Assembly (NCBI GenBank): GCA_030704615.1
Contig: CM060732.1
Location: 64,914,001-64,978,000, forward strand
Reading direction: 5' to 3'
Length of the DNA stretch: 64,000 bases
Source: Takakia lepidozioides
Taxonomy: Eukaryota; Plantae; Bryophyta
Shown: in pieces, positions 12,731 to 25,800 of the stretch
How positions within the stretch are numbered: position 1 is the first letter of the stretch
Layout of the letters: every line of letters begins with the position of its first letter
Notes under the pieces: generated by a model
What the model was told of the DNA's origin: nothing
What the model saw: only the letters and a program-made list of their open reading frames with translations
Databases searched by the model: none
Position numbers and translations under genes: made by a program

Positions 12731-15700
12731 GTTCTGCCCGCCCTGGTCATATATGCTCGGCCTAGCGACAAGTGCTCCATACTCCGTTGATAACACTGGT
12801 GCAGCCCGTGACTGCTCTTGCGTTTCAACATGCAAATCATGCTGCAATGGTTTGTCATGGATACCACTGTATCCCTTCAACTTATTGGCATTGACTCTTC
12901 CCAGCATCTTCTTTGTTAATGGTTTGTAACATGGCGGTGTTGTTATCATACATCTTTTGTATGACATAAGGTCCTTTCCATGGTGATTTAAGCTTAGAAG
13001 CTTTAATCTTTCCTTTCTTCTGCAACCATAGAACCAAATCTCCCGTCTTAAAAGTTTTTAACTTGCCTTCATCAAACTGTTCCTTCCTCTTCATCTGAAT
13101 TCTGGTCATATTATCAGCTGCATCAGCACGTACTTCTTTCACATGGTATAATTCATGTTTCCTGACCTTAATGGAATCTTGCAATTCCATTCTCTTTCCC
13201 CATTCCGTTCTCATGGTAGGTAACAGGAATTCCACTGGAAGTAAGGCTTCCATACCATAAACTAATTGGAATGGTGTATACTTAGTGGTGACTTTATATG
13301 AAGTCCTGTATGACCACAAAGCTGTCAGCAGCTTTGTATCCCAATCCGTTCTGTTTGCATTGACTATCTTAGCCAAGATAGTACATAGTATTTTGTTGGT
13401 AGCCTCTGCCTGTCCATTACCCTGTGGGTAATATGTTGTACTTTTCCTATGCACAATCATGAACTCTTTAGTCAATAATTCAATGGTCTCATTAATGAAG
13501 TGACTTCCCTGATCACTGATAAATTCCAGGGACAGCCAAATCGTGTAAGTATGTTCTCATACAGGAACCTTGCTGTGGACTTGGCTGTGTTGTCCCTCAA
13601 AGCTTTAGCTTCCACCCACTTCGTAGTATAATCAGTGCTGTAATTATGTACCTGTTCCGTGTATTCTTGGCTGGTGGGTTAATTGGTCCAACAAAGTCTA
13701 GTCCCCATTTCTGAAATGGTTCCGTAGGCATTGTAGGATGCAAGGCCATCCTTCCAGATCTCTGCAAAGGTCCTAGCCTCTGACATTCATCACAACTTGA
13801 CAATACTTGTGTACATCTTTGAACAAAGTAGGCCACCAGTAACCTGCGAGTAGTATCTTTCTACTGGTAGTCTCTTCTCCAAAATGACCTCCAGCCACTC
13901 CTTTATGAACTTCCTCCAAAACTTTATTTACTTCATGGTGGTACAAGCATCGTTTTAGTACTCCATCAGGTCCTAGCTTATACATTCTGCTTCCTACCAT
14001 AGTATAAGGTAAAGCTTTGATAGCGATTCTCTTCCTCTGCTCCTTACCATAACTAGGTGGGCATTGACCATGAGTAAGGTAGTATCTGATTGGCCACTGC
14101 CAATCTAACCATTCATCTGCACTTCCTTGCACCTCCATTACAAATAAACTCGCATCTGGTAACTGATCGTCCACTCCTGTGGCGGCCTCTCCTGTTGTTA
14201 GTCGTGACAAATGATCTGCCACAAGATGCAAACGGCCAGGCTTGTAAATAACTTCGAACTCAAACTCATGCAAGATTATTAACCACCGCTATCCTTCCAC
14301 TTATCAAAGGTTTGTTCACCAGATATATCAGAGCCTGGTGATCCACATAAAACATAAACTTTCTTCCCAATAGGTAATGCCTGAATTTCTTGACTGCATA
14401 AATCATTGCCAGTGCTTCTCTTTCAGTTGTGCTATAGTTCCTTTCAGCACTGTTCATCAACCTGCTAGCATAGTACACAGGTGAATCTATATTTCCTGTA
14501 ACATTCTGGGCTAACACCGCTCCCAACGCTTCTCCTGATGCATCGCAGTGAACATGAAATACTACATGCCAGTGAGGGTAAATCAGCACAGGTGTGTTAG
14601 TTGTTACTGACAGTGTAAGTTCCTCAAACGCCTGTTGACATTCAGCTGTCCAGGCAAACACTGCATCTTTCTTCAGAAGCTTGCTCAATGGTGCTGCTAT
14701 TTGTGCATACCTTTTGACAAATCTTCTGTAATAACTGGTTTGCCCAAGGAATCTCCTTAAACTCTTAACATTCACTGGTGGTGGAGAGGCTTTAATGGCC
14801 TCTGTCTTCCTGGGATCCACAAGAAGTCCCTTCTTACACACAATGTGTCCCAGAAGCACCCCTGAGTTCACACAGAAAGTACACTTCTCTGGATTCAGGC
14901 CCAGACCTCTCATCCTGCATCTGGCCAAACATAACTCCAATTTATGCAAGTGCTCATTCTTAGAGCTGTACACACTGAAATCATCCAAGAACACCTGCAT
15001 GAAATCATCCAGATACTCATGAAAAGATTCACTTATACTCTCTGAAAGGTTGCTGGTGCATTACAAAGTCCAAAGGGCATGACTTTGTATGCATAAGCAC
15101 CCCAGTCTGTGATGAAAGCTGTCTTTCCTTGATCTTCTTCTGCCACTTGCACTTGATTATAACCACTGAAACCATCCATGAATGAGTACATCTCATGGCC
15201 TGCCACAGTGTCCAATACTGCTTCTGTGAATGGCAAAGGGAAAGGATCTTTCTTCGTACAAGCATTCAGCTTCTTGTAGTTCACACATACTCTTAGTTTA
15301 CCATTCTTCTTGGGAACTATAACAATGGGTGACAACCAAGTTGTATACTCTATTGGGTATATAAACTTAGCCTCAGCCAACTTCTTGATCTCTTCTCCAA
15401 CCTTCTGTGCGTAGTTGGGATTCATTCTGTACCTCGCCTGCTTGATTGGTACTGACCCTGGTTCCAGTTCAATCTTATGCTGACAGACTTCAGGTGGTAT
15501 CCCTTTTAGATCCTCATAGCTCCAAGCAAATACATCTCTGTATTTGATGAACAAGCTCTTAGCTTCTTCAAAGAATTCTGGCTCCAAATCAGCTCCTACT
15601 TTCACCATCCTCGGTTCCTCTTTAGTTCCCACATTCACTTCCCTCACCTGCTCATCAGCTGTGATTGTCCAACCAGTCACCACTTCATCCTGTAAGCTCA

Positions 15701-16577
15701 CAGTGGCTGGTTCCTCTAGGATTTCCATTTCTCCTTCTCTTTCTTCATAGAAATGTGATGGGTAACTGCTGGTTTCCTCTTCAGTTGGTGTTGCTGTCAC
15801 TACACCACAGCAGATACCTCTTAAACAACTTAGGCCTTCCAGCCGCATCTCTGCAACCTGCTCCCACTCTGGGTGTGCAGCAAATAGGGTAGCTTCCTGC
15901 TCCTCATCCAGTCCTCCTTTCCAGTCATACTCTCTGACTCCTCGAGGTCTTCTTGTAGCAGGTAATCTACTAGATTTCTTTGTGGTAATTTGTATCTCGT
16001 GTATCCCATTATGCACGGTTAGTAATTGAGAATTCCAGTCATGGAATACCCTGGCCTGTTTCAGCCACGGACGTCCCAATAATAAGGAGTAAGCCTCCAT
16101 GACTTCATCCATCTTCAACACAGTTACTGTGATCATAAAGATCATCTTCTGTATCTGTATCTTAACTCCTCTTATTAATCCCAATGGCTGTACATTTCTT
16201 TGATCTGCCATTGTTACTGTAAATGGGGCTGGTTTCATGTTACTTAGACCAAGCTTCTTTCTTAATTGGTCTGTCATGATATTTACTCCAGAACCCCCAT
16301 CTATCAGTACATCAGTTAGTTCTGTGCTTCCAATTCTCAATTGGATTACTGGCATAGAATCATCAAAGTCCATGACTGTTTCTCGCCCTTCCGGCTTCAC
16401 ATTATAACTGGTCACCTTGCTGTTCAGGTCTGTGTTTCCTGTCTCCTGGGCAATTCGATTGATTGCTTGATACAGCCTGTGCCTACAATAAGGTGCCACA
16501 GCCAATAGCTGTCCAATGGTAATCTCTGCTTTGGTCTGGCATATTACTTCAGCCAAAGTTTCTTCATTACTTTGCAT
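12632..16577 (-). pseudogene. pol: pol of E1: protease, RT, RNase H, integrase with GPY/F domain; several 1-bp frameshifts
   Basis: LIDGGSGVN (PR); DGFSGYNQ, MPFGLCNAPATFQR, FLDDF (RT); CDASG, ERNYSTTERE (RH); GGHFG...CDECQR, WGLDFVGP, YPQGNGQAE, WKGPY (INT). Confidence 0.95.
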
Positions 16578-18844
16578 GCTGCATCTTCTTTCTTCCTTTC
16601 ATCCTCACTCACTTCTTCTTCTCCATCAGAATCAGAGGAATCTGCCACAGGAATATCAATACTCTTCTGCATTTCCCTTATGGTATCTGTCACTTCCTTG
16701 TGCAGTTCCTTCTCATCTTTCCAAGTCTCTTCATCTTCAGGCATATCACTGCCACCTTCATTATCATCATCTTCCTCAACTACTGGAGGTATTAATTTGG
16801 CTTTGCTTCTGGTTACTATCATTGTACTTACTTCTGGTACAACACATGGCCTAACCATGTGAGCTGCCACCACTGGGCCCTCATTCACAGGAGCTCTCAT
16901 CTCATTCTGGTGTCTAATCCAGAATGAACAGGCTGCCTTGCGATGTCCTAGCTGATTACAATAGTAACATAGTTCTTCACCATTGGGTCCTCGCCCTTGG
17001 TCTGCTCTTGGATTATTTCTGTAATCCTGATTCCCGGGCTGGTAATTCCCCCTTGGATTACCCTGATAGTTGCCTCTGGAATTTCCTTGGTAATTCCCTC
17101 TTGAATTACCTCTCCCTTCCATGCCATTGTTATAACCACCAGACCTACCATAGTGGTCCTGATCATTGTTTCTTCTTGGCTGGGGCTGCACCTGATGCAC
17201 CCTTACTTGCCTAGGTTCTCTTGCAGCTGTCCTTCTGTTGTAGTAACAATTCTCAGTAGAATGGTTATCCATTTTACAGATAGTACAGTGTTTCTCCTTC
17301 ATGTGGCATTCTGTGGTGGTATGGCCTTCATTCTGGCACTTTGCACACCATACACCCTTCCTCCAATGTGTTGCAGCCTCTGTGGCATACTTCTTCAAGA
17401 TTTCTTCCAATCTTTTTTCATAGTTATCCCTCTTCAACTTCTCCTTTCTCTTACTCTTCCTTTTTAGTTCTTGCTCTTCTTCTTCATCTGACTCATCCTC
17501 AGAGTCCTCATCATCCCTTTTCTCTCTCCTGAGCATTCCCAATTGCTCAATTCTGTTTGCAGTTTCAAATGCCTCCTCCACTGTATTATGGGGTAACATA
17601 TCCACTTTCTTTTGCAACTCTGGTCTTAGTCCACTCACAAACCAAGTCTTCTGTAAACTGGGTGTTGGTACTGCAGCCAGCTTTTTCATCATCAATTCCA
17701 TCTTTTCTATATACTCCTCAACAGTTTCATGCTTCTTTTGCTTTAACTGTTGTAAACTTCCATACACTTCATTTTCAGTTTTACTTGTCCTGAACCTATT
17801 TCGGAATGCTGTATTCAAGCCATTCCAGGTTAGGAAATGATTATCAGGGAATCTTGCATACCATTCACTTGCTTTCTTGATAAGTGAACAAGGAAACAAT
17901 CTCATCTTGGCATCATCGCCATTCTCATTGTTCACTATACACATGTGCTCAAATTGGCTAATGTGTACATCGGGATCCCCTTTTCCTGAATATATTGGAA
18001 AATGTGGTTTTTCCCGTGTTGGTTGTAACGCCATCTGTGGCCCTACCTTCTGCCCACTGACAGGTGCTGGCACCCTTGCTGGTGCTGGTCCTTCTGGACC
18101 TGTTGTTTTGTGGTGGATCTTCCACCAAGTGGTGGCCCTTGAGCACTCCCTGCTACTGGCCCCACGATATTCACAGTATTCCCAGCTTCAGTTGCACTAC
18201 TTCCCACACTCCCTGTCCCCCTAGAGCCTGATCCCCCTGAGCCGACACCTTCGTTGGCCTGTGATCCAAGTGCTCCACTTGATCCAGGTCCAACGGTTGG
18301 GATGTCCTGGTTGTAGTCTCAACCTCAGCTGTTGGGTCTACTTCTTCATACTCTTCTTCTTCCAATTTCTTCTCTCTGTTTTCATCCTCCAAGTTCTGTC
18401 CTTGGGTTTCTTCTTCACTCATGTAACTCAACTGCAATGGTGTTGGAGAGTCTGAACTCTCCGTTGGCTCTGCCACATCCTCTCCTCCTCCTTCACCTTT
18501 GCTTCAGAAACTGGAGTTCCTGCTTTTGGTGTTCCATGCCAACTCTTATCAAAGATTTCTGTCAAATCTTTTATCCAGGGATGTACCTCAGATCTTTCAC
18601 CTCGTGATTGATCTTCTTCCCGTACCAATTCCCTTAATCTTTCTTGCAAAGAAACAGAAGGAGTGGCATCCAACTCTAGTTCTTCTGGTATGGGTGATGT
18701 ACTCTTTGATCTTAATGGTGTGAGAGGTCCAGATGATTCCCCTATGTCTATTCCTCTCTCCCAAAGATATGGATAATTAGCTTTCAGATAGCTTTCTCTT
18801 TTTGCTGAATATCTCTGGCGTCTAGCTTCTCTTTCATCACTCAT
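16544..18844 (-). pseudogene. gag: gag of E1 with three CCHC zinc knuckles; frameshifted
   Basis: CAKCQNEGHTTTEC, CTICKMDNHSTENC, CYYCNQLGHRKAAC; capsid motif; GNYQGNSR repeats. Confidence 0.9.
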
Positions 18845-18866
18845 GTCCCATGTCTTTCATTTCTTT

Positions 18867-19559
18867 TTAATGTGGCAATAACCAAAACTCTCTTCTGTAA
18901 TATCTCTCGTATATGCCTGGGTTTCTTTCAAGCTTCAATGCACCCTTGGCTATACTTGAAGTCCCCGTTACCATATAACCATATGGCAAACAAGTCTGGA
19001 AAGCTGTTCTTGGTGTGAGTTTGATCCACAAAATATCCTTTGGAATCCAATTCTTTACCAGTACAAGCTCTTCATGCATATGAGTATAAACATTCACTTT
19101 TCTTTCCTCCCAGCCTTCAAACTCTACTCGCTTAATGGATAGCAATGCTATCACATATACCAATGTCGGTAACCAATGTGCTCTTCCTCTACAGGCCACC
19201 TGATAAATCTTTATCACTCCTTTCTCCAGACCCCATTCCGGATCAGCATCATGCACTCGCTTAAGAATATTTTCTTTACAACCGTCTGGCAATTCCAAAA
19301 ACCTCTGAAATAATCGTTTGGACAATCTTTCCTTCTCAGTTTCACAAGGAATTTGATTCACATCAAATTCTTTAATTCTCCAATCACCATGATCCCACCA
19401 GATGCCTGTCACATCTGGTTGTTCATGACTCAGTTCCCCAGTATGGTCGCCAAATGTCGCGCTTTTACTCACCCATCCCTTCGCTATCCGAGGCGGAAAC
19501 TCCAAGATAGAAGAGTTGGAAATCTCTAAGTACTCAGCCCGCTCAGAACAATCAGTCAT
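18867..19559 (-). CDS. Family A eORF1 (230 aa, intact), starts in the LTR and reads through the PBS
   Basis: Uninterrupted ORF; near-identical protein in L and E2. Confidence 0.8.
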   Translation of the reverse strand: MTDCSERAEYLEISNSSILEFPPRIAKGWVSKSATFGDHTGELSHEQPDVTGIWWDHGDWRIKEFDVNQIPCETEKERLSKRLFQRFLELPDGCKENILKRVHDADPEWGLEKGVIKIYQVACRGRAHWLPTLVYVIALLSIKRVEFEGWEERKVNVYTHMHEELVLVKNWIPKDILWIKLTPRTAFQTCLPYGYMVTGTSSIAKGALKLERNPGIYERYYRREFWLLPH

Positions 19560-21500
19560 GACCTACAGCTAGTGTATCATGGGGGTGTGTTAGAGGACTG
19601 TCGGGGACTTAGACACTTATACGGGATCTGTAGGGTACCCTTAATTTTTGCACAGACTGAGACCAACAGGAGCCTCAGGGGTGACATCAGCGCACTGTAG
19701 AGGGGGGTTACACAGCCCGTCAGAGTCGTCACAGTCGTCACAGCCGACACAGCCCGTCACAGTCGTCACAGCAGACACAAGCCGACCACGCCAACACAGC
19801 CCGTCACAGTCGTCACAGCAGACACAGCCGACACAGCCAACACAGCCGTCACATCCGACACAGCCGTCACAGCCATCACAGCCGACACAGCCCGACACAG
19901 CCACACAGCCAGTCACAGCCAAACACCGTCGCACAGCCAGTCACAGCCCGTCACAGTTTCACACAGCCAGTCACAACTTGACACAGCTGTCACGATCATA
20001 GGGAACGAAGAGTAGGACAGGGAACGACTGTGGGGAAACAACACCTGCGAAGGGAACATGTTAGTTCACAGACGACGGTTAGTGAGGGAAACGGTTAGAA
20101 CCACGGATAGGAAGATAAAGGGAGGAACGGGGAATTGAGGGATATCATTCGGAGGAGGACTTCTTGGTCATGGAGGAGAGGGGATCGGGCAGAGATGAAG
20201 AACGGAAGTGAAGATAGAGAGATGATGAGTAGATGCTTGATATATGCAAGGTTGTAATGATATTGTAGAGCAGATTAGAGACACAATGGCTTCGGCCTGA
20301 TACCTGATAAATCATAATCGGATACTTTTACGATACAATCACACTGTGTAGAGAGATCTAAGTGAAGCTGTGGAATGAATGGATGAGTTGATGGAATCCA
20401 ATAGATTGATAAAGCAAACTGATACTTAATTATCAATGGTAAGATCGCTAACATGAATACCAAAAGGGAAACAAATAGGAAACACCCCCATGATACACTA
20501 GCTGTAGGTCATGACTGATTGTTCTGCGCGGGCTGAGTACTTAGAGATTTCCAACTCTTCTATCTTGGAGTTTCCGCCTCGAATAGCGAAGGGATGGGTG
20601 AGTAAAAGCCGCGCGACAGGGTGTTTCCTATTTGTTTTCCTTCCCGCATTCATGTTAGCTACCTTACTATTGATAATTAAGTATCAGTTTGCTTCATCAA
20701 TCTATCGGATTCCATCAACTCATCCATTCATTCCACAGCTTCACTCAGATCTCTCTACACAGTGTGAGTATGAAGTGTGTATCAGATTAATATCTATCAA
20801 GTATCAGGCTGAAGTCATGCTGCCTCTAATCTACTCTACATTACAATTCTATAGCTTGCTTCCATTAAGTAACAACAGATCGTCACTTCTCCTACTCCGT
20901 GCTCTTCATCTTTCCACTCAGAGATGTGTTCTCCCTCCTATTTCCAAGCCCTGATGCCAGAAGTCCCCCACCCAGAAGCGATCTCCCCCTCCATCGATCC
21001 TCTTTTAGTCCTTGCTCCTAGTTTTATCTTCCTACCCATTGTTCTAACCGTTTCCCTCACTAACTGTCGTCCGTGAACTAACATGTTCCATTCGTAGGTG
21101 TTGTTCCCTACAGTCGTTCCCTGTCCTGCTATCCGTTCCCTATGGTCGTGACAGTTGTGCCAAGCTGTGACTGGCTGTGTGAAACTGTGACCGGCTGTGA
21201 CCGGCTGTGTCGGGCTGTGACTGGCTGTGCGACTGTGTTTGGCTGTGTCGGGCTGTAGCTGTGTGGCTGTGTCGGCTGTGACGGGCTGTGTTGGCTGTGA
21301 TGGGCTGTGTCGGGCTGTGCGAAGCTGTGACGGGCTGTGTTGGCTGTGACTGGCTGTGTTGGCTGTGACGGGCTGTGTAACCCCTCTTTAAAGTGCACAA
21401 CTGTCACCCCTAAGGCTCCTGTTGGTCTCAGTCTGTGCAAAAATTAAGGGTACCCCACAGATCCCGTATAAGTGTCTAAGTCCCAGACAGTCCTCTAACA
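19455..21500 (-). repeat. 5' LTR of E1, split by an inverted solo LTR
   Basis: 19455-19587 plus 20619-21500 reconstitute the LTR; PBS at 19435-19452. Confidence 0.95.
19588..20618 (+). mobile_element. Solo LTR of family A in opposite orientation
   Basis: TGTTAGAGG...GCGCGACA with TSD GGGTG (19583-19587 and 20619-20623). Confidence 0.95.
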
Positions 21501-22692
21501 GCTACCTCTTCTCCCCTCAGGGCTTTGAGTATTTCCTCTGTGAAGGATCTGCTCAAATATTGTTGGTTTTGTTTCATGGCAAACAGAACGTTCAGTATCA
21601 AGCCTAACAATTGTTGAGGTATAAGGGTGTAAGTTCTAATTCAACTCCCTTCACCATTGTGGCTCCTGTCTTTGGCTCAAAATTCTGCAAGAATTGTAAC
21701 ATGTACTGCCGATGGTGCAACGTCCAATCCTTGTTTTGCAATCCCTGTAATCTCAAGTCCTTCAGCAACTTCACCGCCTGTGGAGTAGCAATCGTTTGCT
21801 TCTGCAGTATTGTGGTGCTTTTCACCCTGATGTCCTCCATCCCTCTCACTCTCTTCATTCTAGAGAAATAGTAATGTTGTGGCTGTAACAGCTGAAGTAA
21901 TGCCTGCAGGGCACAAAGCGCAAATGTATGATTGCCACAAAATGCTATGGGTAGTGTCTTGTAAACCTGCGGGGCTTGCAAGCATCGATCAAGAGAAAAG
22001 ATACTCTCTGTTCTTCTGTCCCCGCGCCACTGCGTGAGTAGTATCGCGAGCGTATACTCTGCTAGTTCCTCCATAACTTCAAAACTATAGCATTGATGGT
22101 CTGTCCCGTCGAGACGCCCGTTACTTGGAACGACGCCGACTCTTGCGCTCAGAACCTTTTCATTTTCTTGATGTTGCTCCTGCTTTACGATTGGCTGTAG
22201 CCGCTGTGACTGGATTTTAGAATTAATTTTCTTTAGTGGATTTTCCCTGCTGGCCTGTCCACTAGGACAACACACGTGACAAGAAATTTGTTTTCCTGTA
22301 CTTGCCGTTTGTTCCGTTACCCTTTTTCCGTATTCATTAATGGGCCCGCCATCCATCCTCTTTGACGTGGTAGGTAGGTACTTTGACGGCCACTCCTGTC
22401 CTTCTTCTTGATGACACTTGTTCTTGCACTTCCTTCTCAGCTGTGCGTCACGCTCTGACTTCCACGCGTCCACTTTTATATTGGTTTCCGCCTTTTCTTC
22501 CGCCGGCCATTTCCCTGACGTTATCCTGCGTCCACCTGTCATTGATCCTATGGACTGTGTAATTTTGATAGGCTGTGATAGGCTGTGACAGGTTGTGCTG
22601 CCTTGTGCTAGACTGTGCACACCTGTGTGACACTGTGCTGGGCTGTGATATGCTGTGTTACCCTGTGTTGGGCTGTGATAGGCTGTGTTACC
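21501..22692 (-). pseudogene. N-terminal part of E0 3' extension ORF (internal deletion near 21600)
   Basis: ORF 21604-22620 aligns with 11490-12450; LRGEEVA|WADVMYN is rejoined across E1. Confidence 0.85.
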
Positions 22693-22800
22693 CTATGTTG
22701 GGCTGTGATAGGCTGTGTTACCCTGTGTTTGGCTGTGATAGGCTGTGTTACCCTGTGTTGGGCTGTGATAGGCTGTGTTACCCTGTGTTTGGCTGTGTAT
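22555..22800. repeat. 30-bp tandem repeat encoding (QGNTAYHSPT)n on the minus strand
   Basis: GGCTGTGATAGGCTGTGTTACCCTGTGTT(G/T), about 5 near-perfect units plus degenerate units. Confidence 0.92.
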
Positions 22801-25800
22801 GCTATTAAAACACCTGTGTTCTTCGCTCACCACTGGTTTATCGATAAGTATTCCATGCTCTGTTGGTATTACTGGAACAACTTGTGATTGTTCTTGTGGT
22901 TCTATATGCAAATCGTGCCTCAATGGTTTGTCATGGATACCACTGTATCCTTTCAACTTGTTGGCATTGACTCTTCCCAGCATCTCTTTGTTAATGGTTT
23001 GTAACATGGCCGCGTTGTTATCATACATCTTTTGTATGACATAAGGTCCCTTCCATGGTGATTTAAGCTTTGAAGCTTTAATCTTTCTCTTTTTCTGCAA
23101 CCACAAAACAAATCTCCTGTTTTAAAAGTCTTCAGTTTGCCTTCATCAAACTGATCTTTTCTTTTCATCTGTATTCTGGTCATGTTGTCAGCTGCATCAG
23201 CTCATACTTCTTCCACATGGTATAATTCTTGTTTTCTAACCTTAATCGAATCTTCCAATTCCATTCTTCTTCCCCATTCTGTTCTCATGGTAGGTAACAA
23301 AAACTCCACTGGAAATAAAGCTTCCATACCATAAACTAATTGGAATGGTGTATACTTAGTGGTGACTTTATATGAAGTCTTGTATGACCACAAAGCTGTC
23401 AGTAGCTTGGTATCCCAATCTGTTCTGTTTGCATTGACTATTTTAGCCAAGATAGTACATAGTATTTTGTTGGTAGCCTCTGCCTGTCCATTACCTTGTG
23501 GGTAATAGGTTGTACTTTTCCTATGCACAATCATGAACTCCTTTGTCAAGAGTTCTATGGTCTCATTGATGAAGTGACTTCCCTGATCACTGACAGGGGA
23601 CAGCCAAACCGTGTAAGCATGTTCTCATACAGAAATCTGGCTGTGGACTTAGCTGTGTTGTCCCTTAGAGCTTTAGCTTCCACCCATTTTGTAGTATAGT
23701 CAGTAGCTGTGATTATATACTTGTTCTGTGTATTCTTGGCTGGTGGATTTATTGGTCCAACAAAGTCCAGTCCCCATTTCTGAAACGGTTCAGTAGGCAT
23801 GTAGGATGCAAAGCCATCTTTCCAGATCTCTGCAATGGTCCTAGCCTCTGACACTCATCACAAGTTTTACAGTACTCATGCACATCTTTGAACAAAGTAG
23901 GCCACCAGTAACCGGCAAGTAGTATCTTCCTACTAGTAGTCTCTTCTCCAAAATGGCCTCCTGCCACTCTTTTATGAACTTCCTCCAAGACTTTACTAGC
24001 TTCATGGTGATATAAGCATCGCTTCAGCACTCCATCTGGTCCTAGCTTATACATTCTGCTTCCTACCATAGTGTAAGGTAGAGCCTTGATAGCAATTCTC
24101 TTCCTCTTCTCCTTTCCATAACTTGGTGGGCACTGACCATGAGTAAGATAATATCTGATTGGCCATTGCCAATCTAACCAGTCATCTGCACTTCCTTGCA
24201 CCTCTACTGCAAATAAACTCGCATTTGGTAATTGATCATCTACTCCTGTGGCTGGTTCTCCTGTGGATAACCGTGACAAGTGGTCTGCCACCAGGTGCAG
24301 CCTTCCAGGCTTATAAACAACCTCGAACTCAAACTCGTGCAAGATTATTAACCATCTTGCTATTCTTCCACTTATCAGAGGTTTGTTCACCAGGTATATC
24401 AGAGCCTGATGATCCACATAGAACATAAACTTCTTGCCCAACAAGTAATGCCTGAATTTCTTCACTGCATAGATCATTGCCAATGCTTCTCTTTCCGTTG
24501 TGCTATAGTTTCTTTCAGCACTGTTCATTAATCGGCTAGCATAGTACACAGGTGAATCTATCCTCCCTGTAACATTTTGGGCTAGCACTGCTCCCAATGC
24601 TTCTCCTGAAGCATCACAGTGAACATGGAACATTTCCTGCCAGTGAGGATTAATTAGTATAGGTGTAGTTGTCATTGATAATGTCAGTTCCTCAAAAGCC
24701 TGTTGACATTCAGCTGTCCATGTAAACACTGCATCTTTCTTCAGAAGTTTGCTCAAAGGTGCTGCTATCTGTGCGTACCGTCTGACAAATCTCCTGTAAT
24801 AGCTGGTTTGTCCCAGGAATCTCCTTAGACTCTTAGCGTTTACTGGAGGTGGAGAGGCTTTAATTGCCTCTGTCTTCCTGGGATCCACAAGAAGCCATTT
24901 TTTACACACAATGTGTCCCAAAAGTACCCCTGAATTAACACAGAAAGTACACTTCTCTGGATTTAGGCCCAGACCTCTCATCCTACATCTGGCCAAACAT
25001 AACTCCAGTTTATGCAAGTGCTCTCTTTTAGAGCTGTATACACTGAAATCATCCAAGAACACCTGCATGAACTCATCCAGATACTCTTGAAAAGATTCAC
25101 TTATCACTCTCTGAAAAGTTGCTGGTGCATTACAAAGTCCAAAACGCATGACTTTGTATGCATAAGCACCCAGTCGGTGATAAAAGCTGTCTTCCTTTGA
25201 TCTTCTTCTGCTACTTGCACTTGATTATAACCACTGAAGCCATCCATGAATGAGTACATCTCATGGCCTGCCACAGTGTCCAATACTGCCTCTATGAATG
25301 GTAATGGAAAAGGATCATTCCTTGTACAAGCATTCAACTTCTTGTAGTTCACACAAACTCTTAGTTTGCCATTTTTCTTGGGGACTATCACAATGGGTGA
25401 CAACCAAGTTGTATACTCTATCAGGTATATAAATTTAGCTTCTGCCAACTTTTTGATCTCTTCACCAACCTTCTCTGCATAGTTGGGATTCATTCTGTAC
25501 CTTGCCTGTTTAATTGGTATTGATCCTGGTTCCAGTTCAATCTTATGTTGACAGATCTCAGGTGGTATCCCTTTCAGATCCTCGTAGCTCCAAGCAAATA
25601 CATCTCTAGAATTTGATGAACAGACTCTTTGCTTCCTCAAAGAATTCTGGCTCTAGATCAGCCCCTACCTTCACCATCCTCGGTTTCTCTTCAGTTCCCA
25701 CATTTACTTCCCTCACCTGCTCATGAGCTGTGATTGTCCAACCAGTTACTCTTTCATCCTGTAGACTTACAGTGGCTGGTTCTTCTAGGATATCCATTTC

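Larger units (their letters stand above)
7217..21500 (-). mobile_element. Full-length Ty3/gypsy family A copy E1, nested in E0
   Basis: TG...CA termini; TSD GCTAC (7212-7216 and 21501-21505); two near-identical LTRs; PBS; PPT; gag-PR-RT-RH-INT order. Confidence 0.95.

Noticed and set aside
16544-16577. Programmed gag/pol frameshift
   Set aside because: Copy E2 reads through in one frame (KEDADMQSNEE); E1 has a 1-bp deletion.
19641-21440. Ser/Gln/Pro/Thr- or Cys/Gly-rich ORFs over LTR repeats (also 7869-8096 and 34521-34835)
   Set aside because: Translations of the GGCTGTGAC minisatellite; frames and lengths differ between LTR copies.
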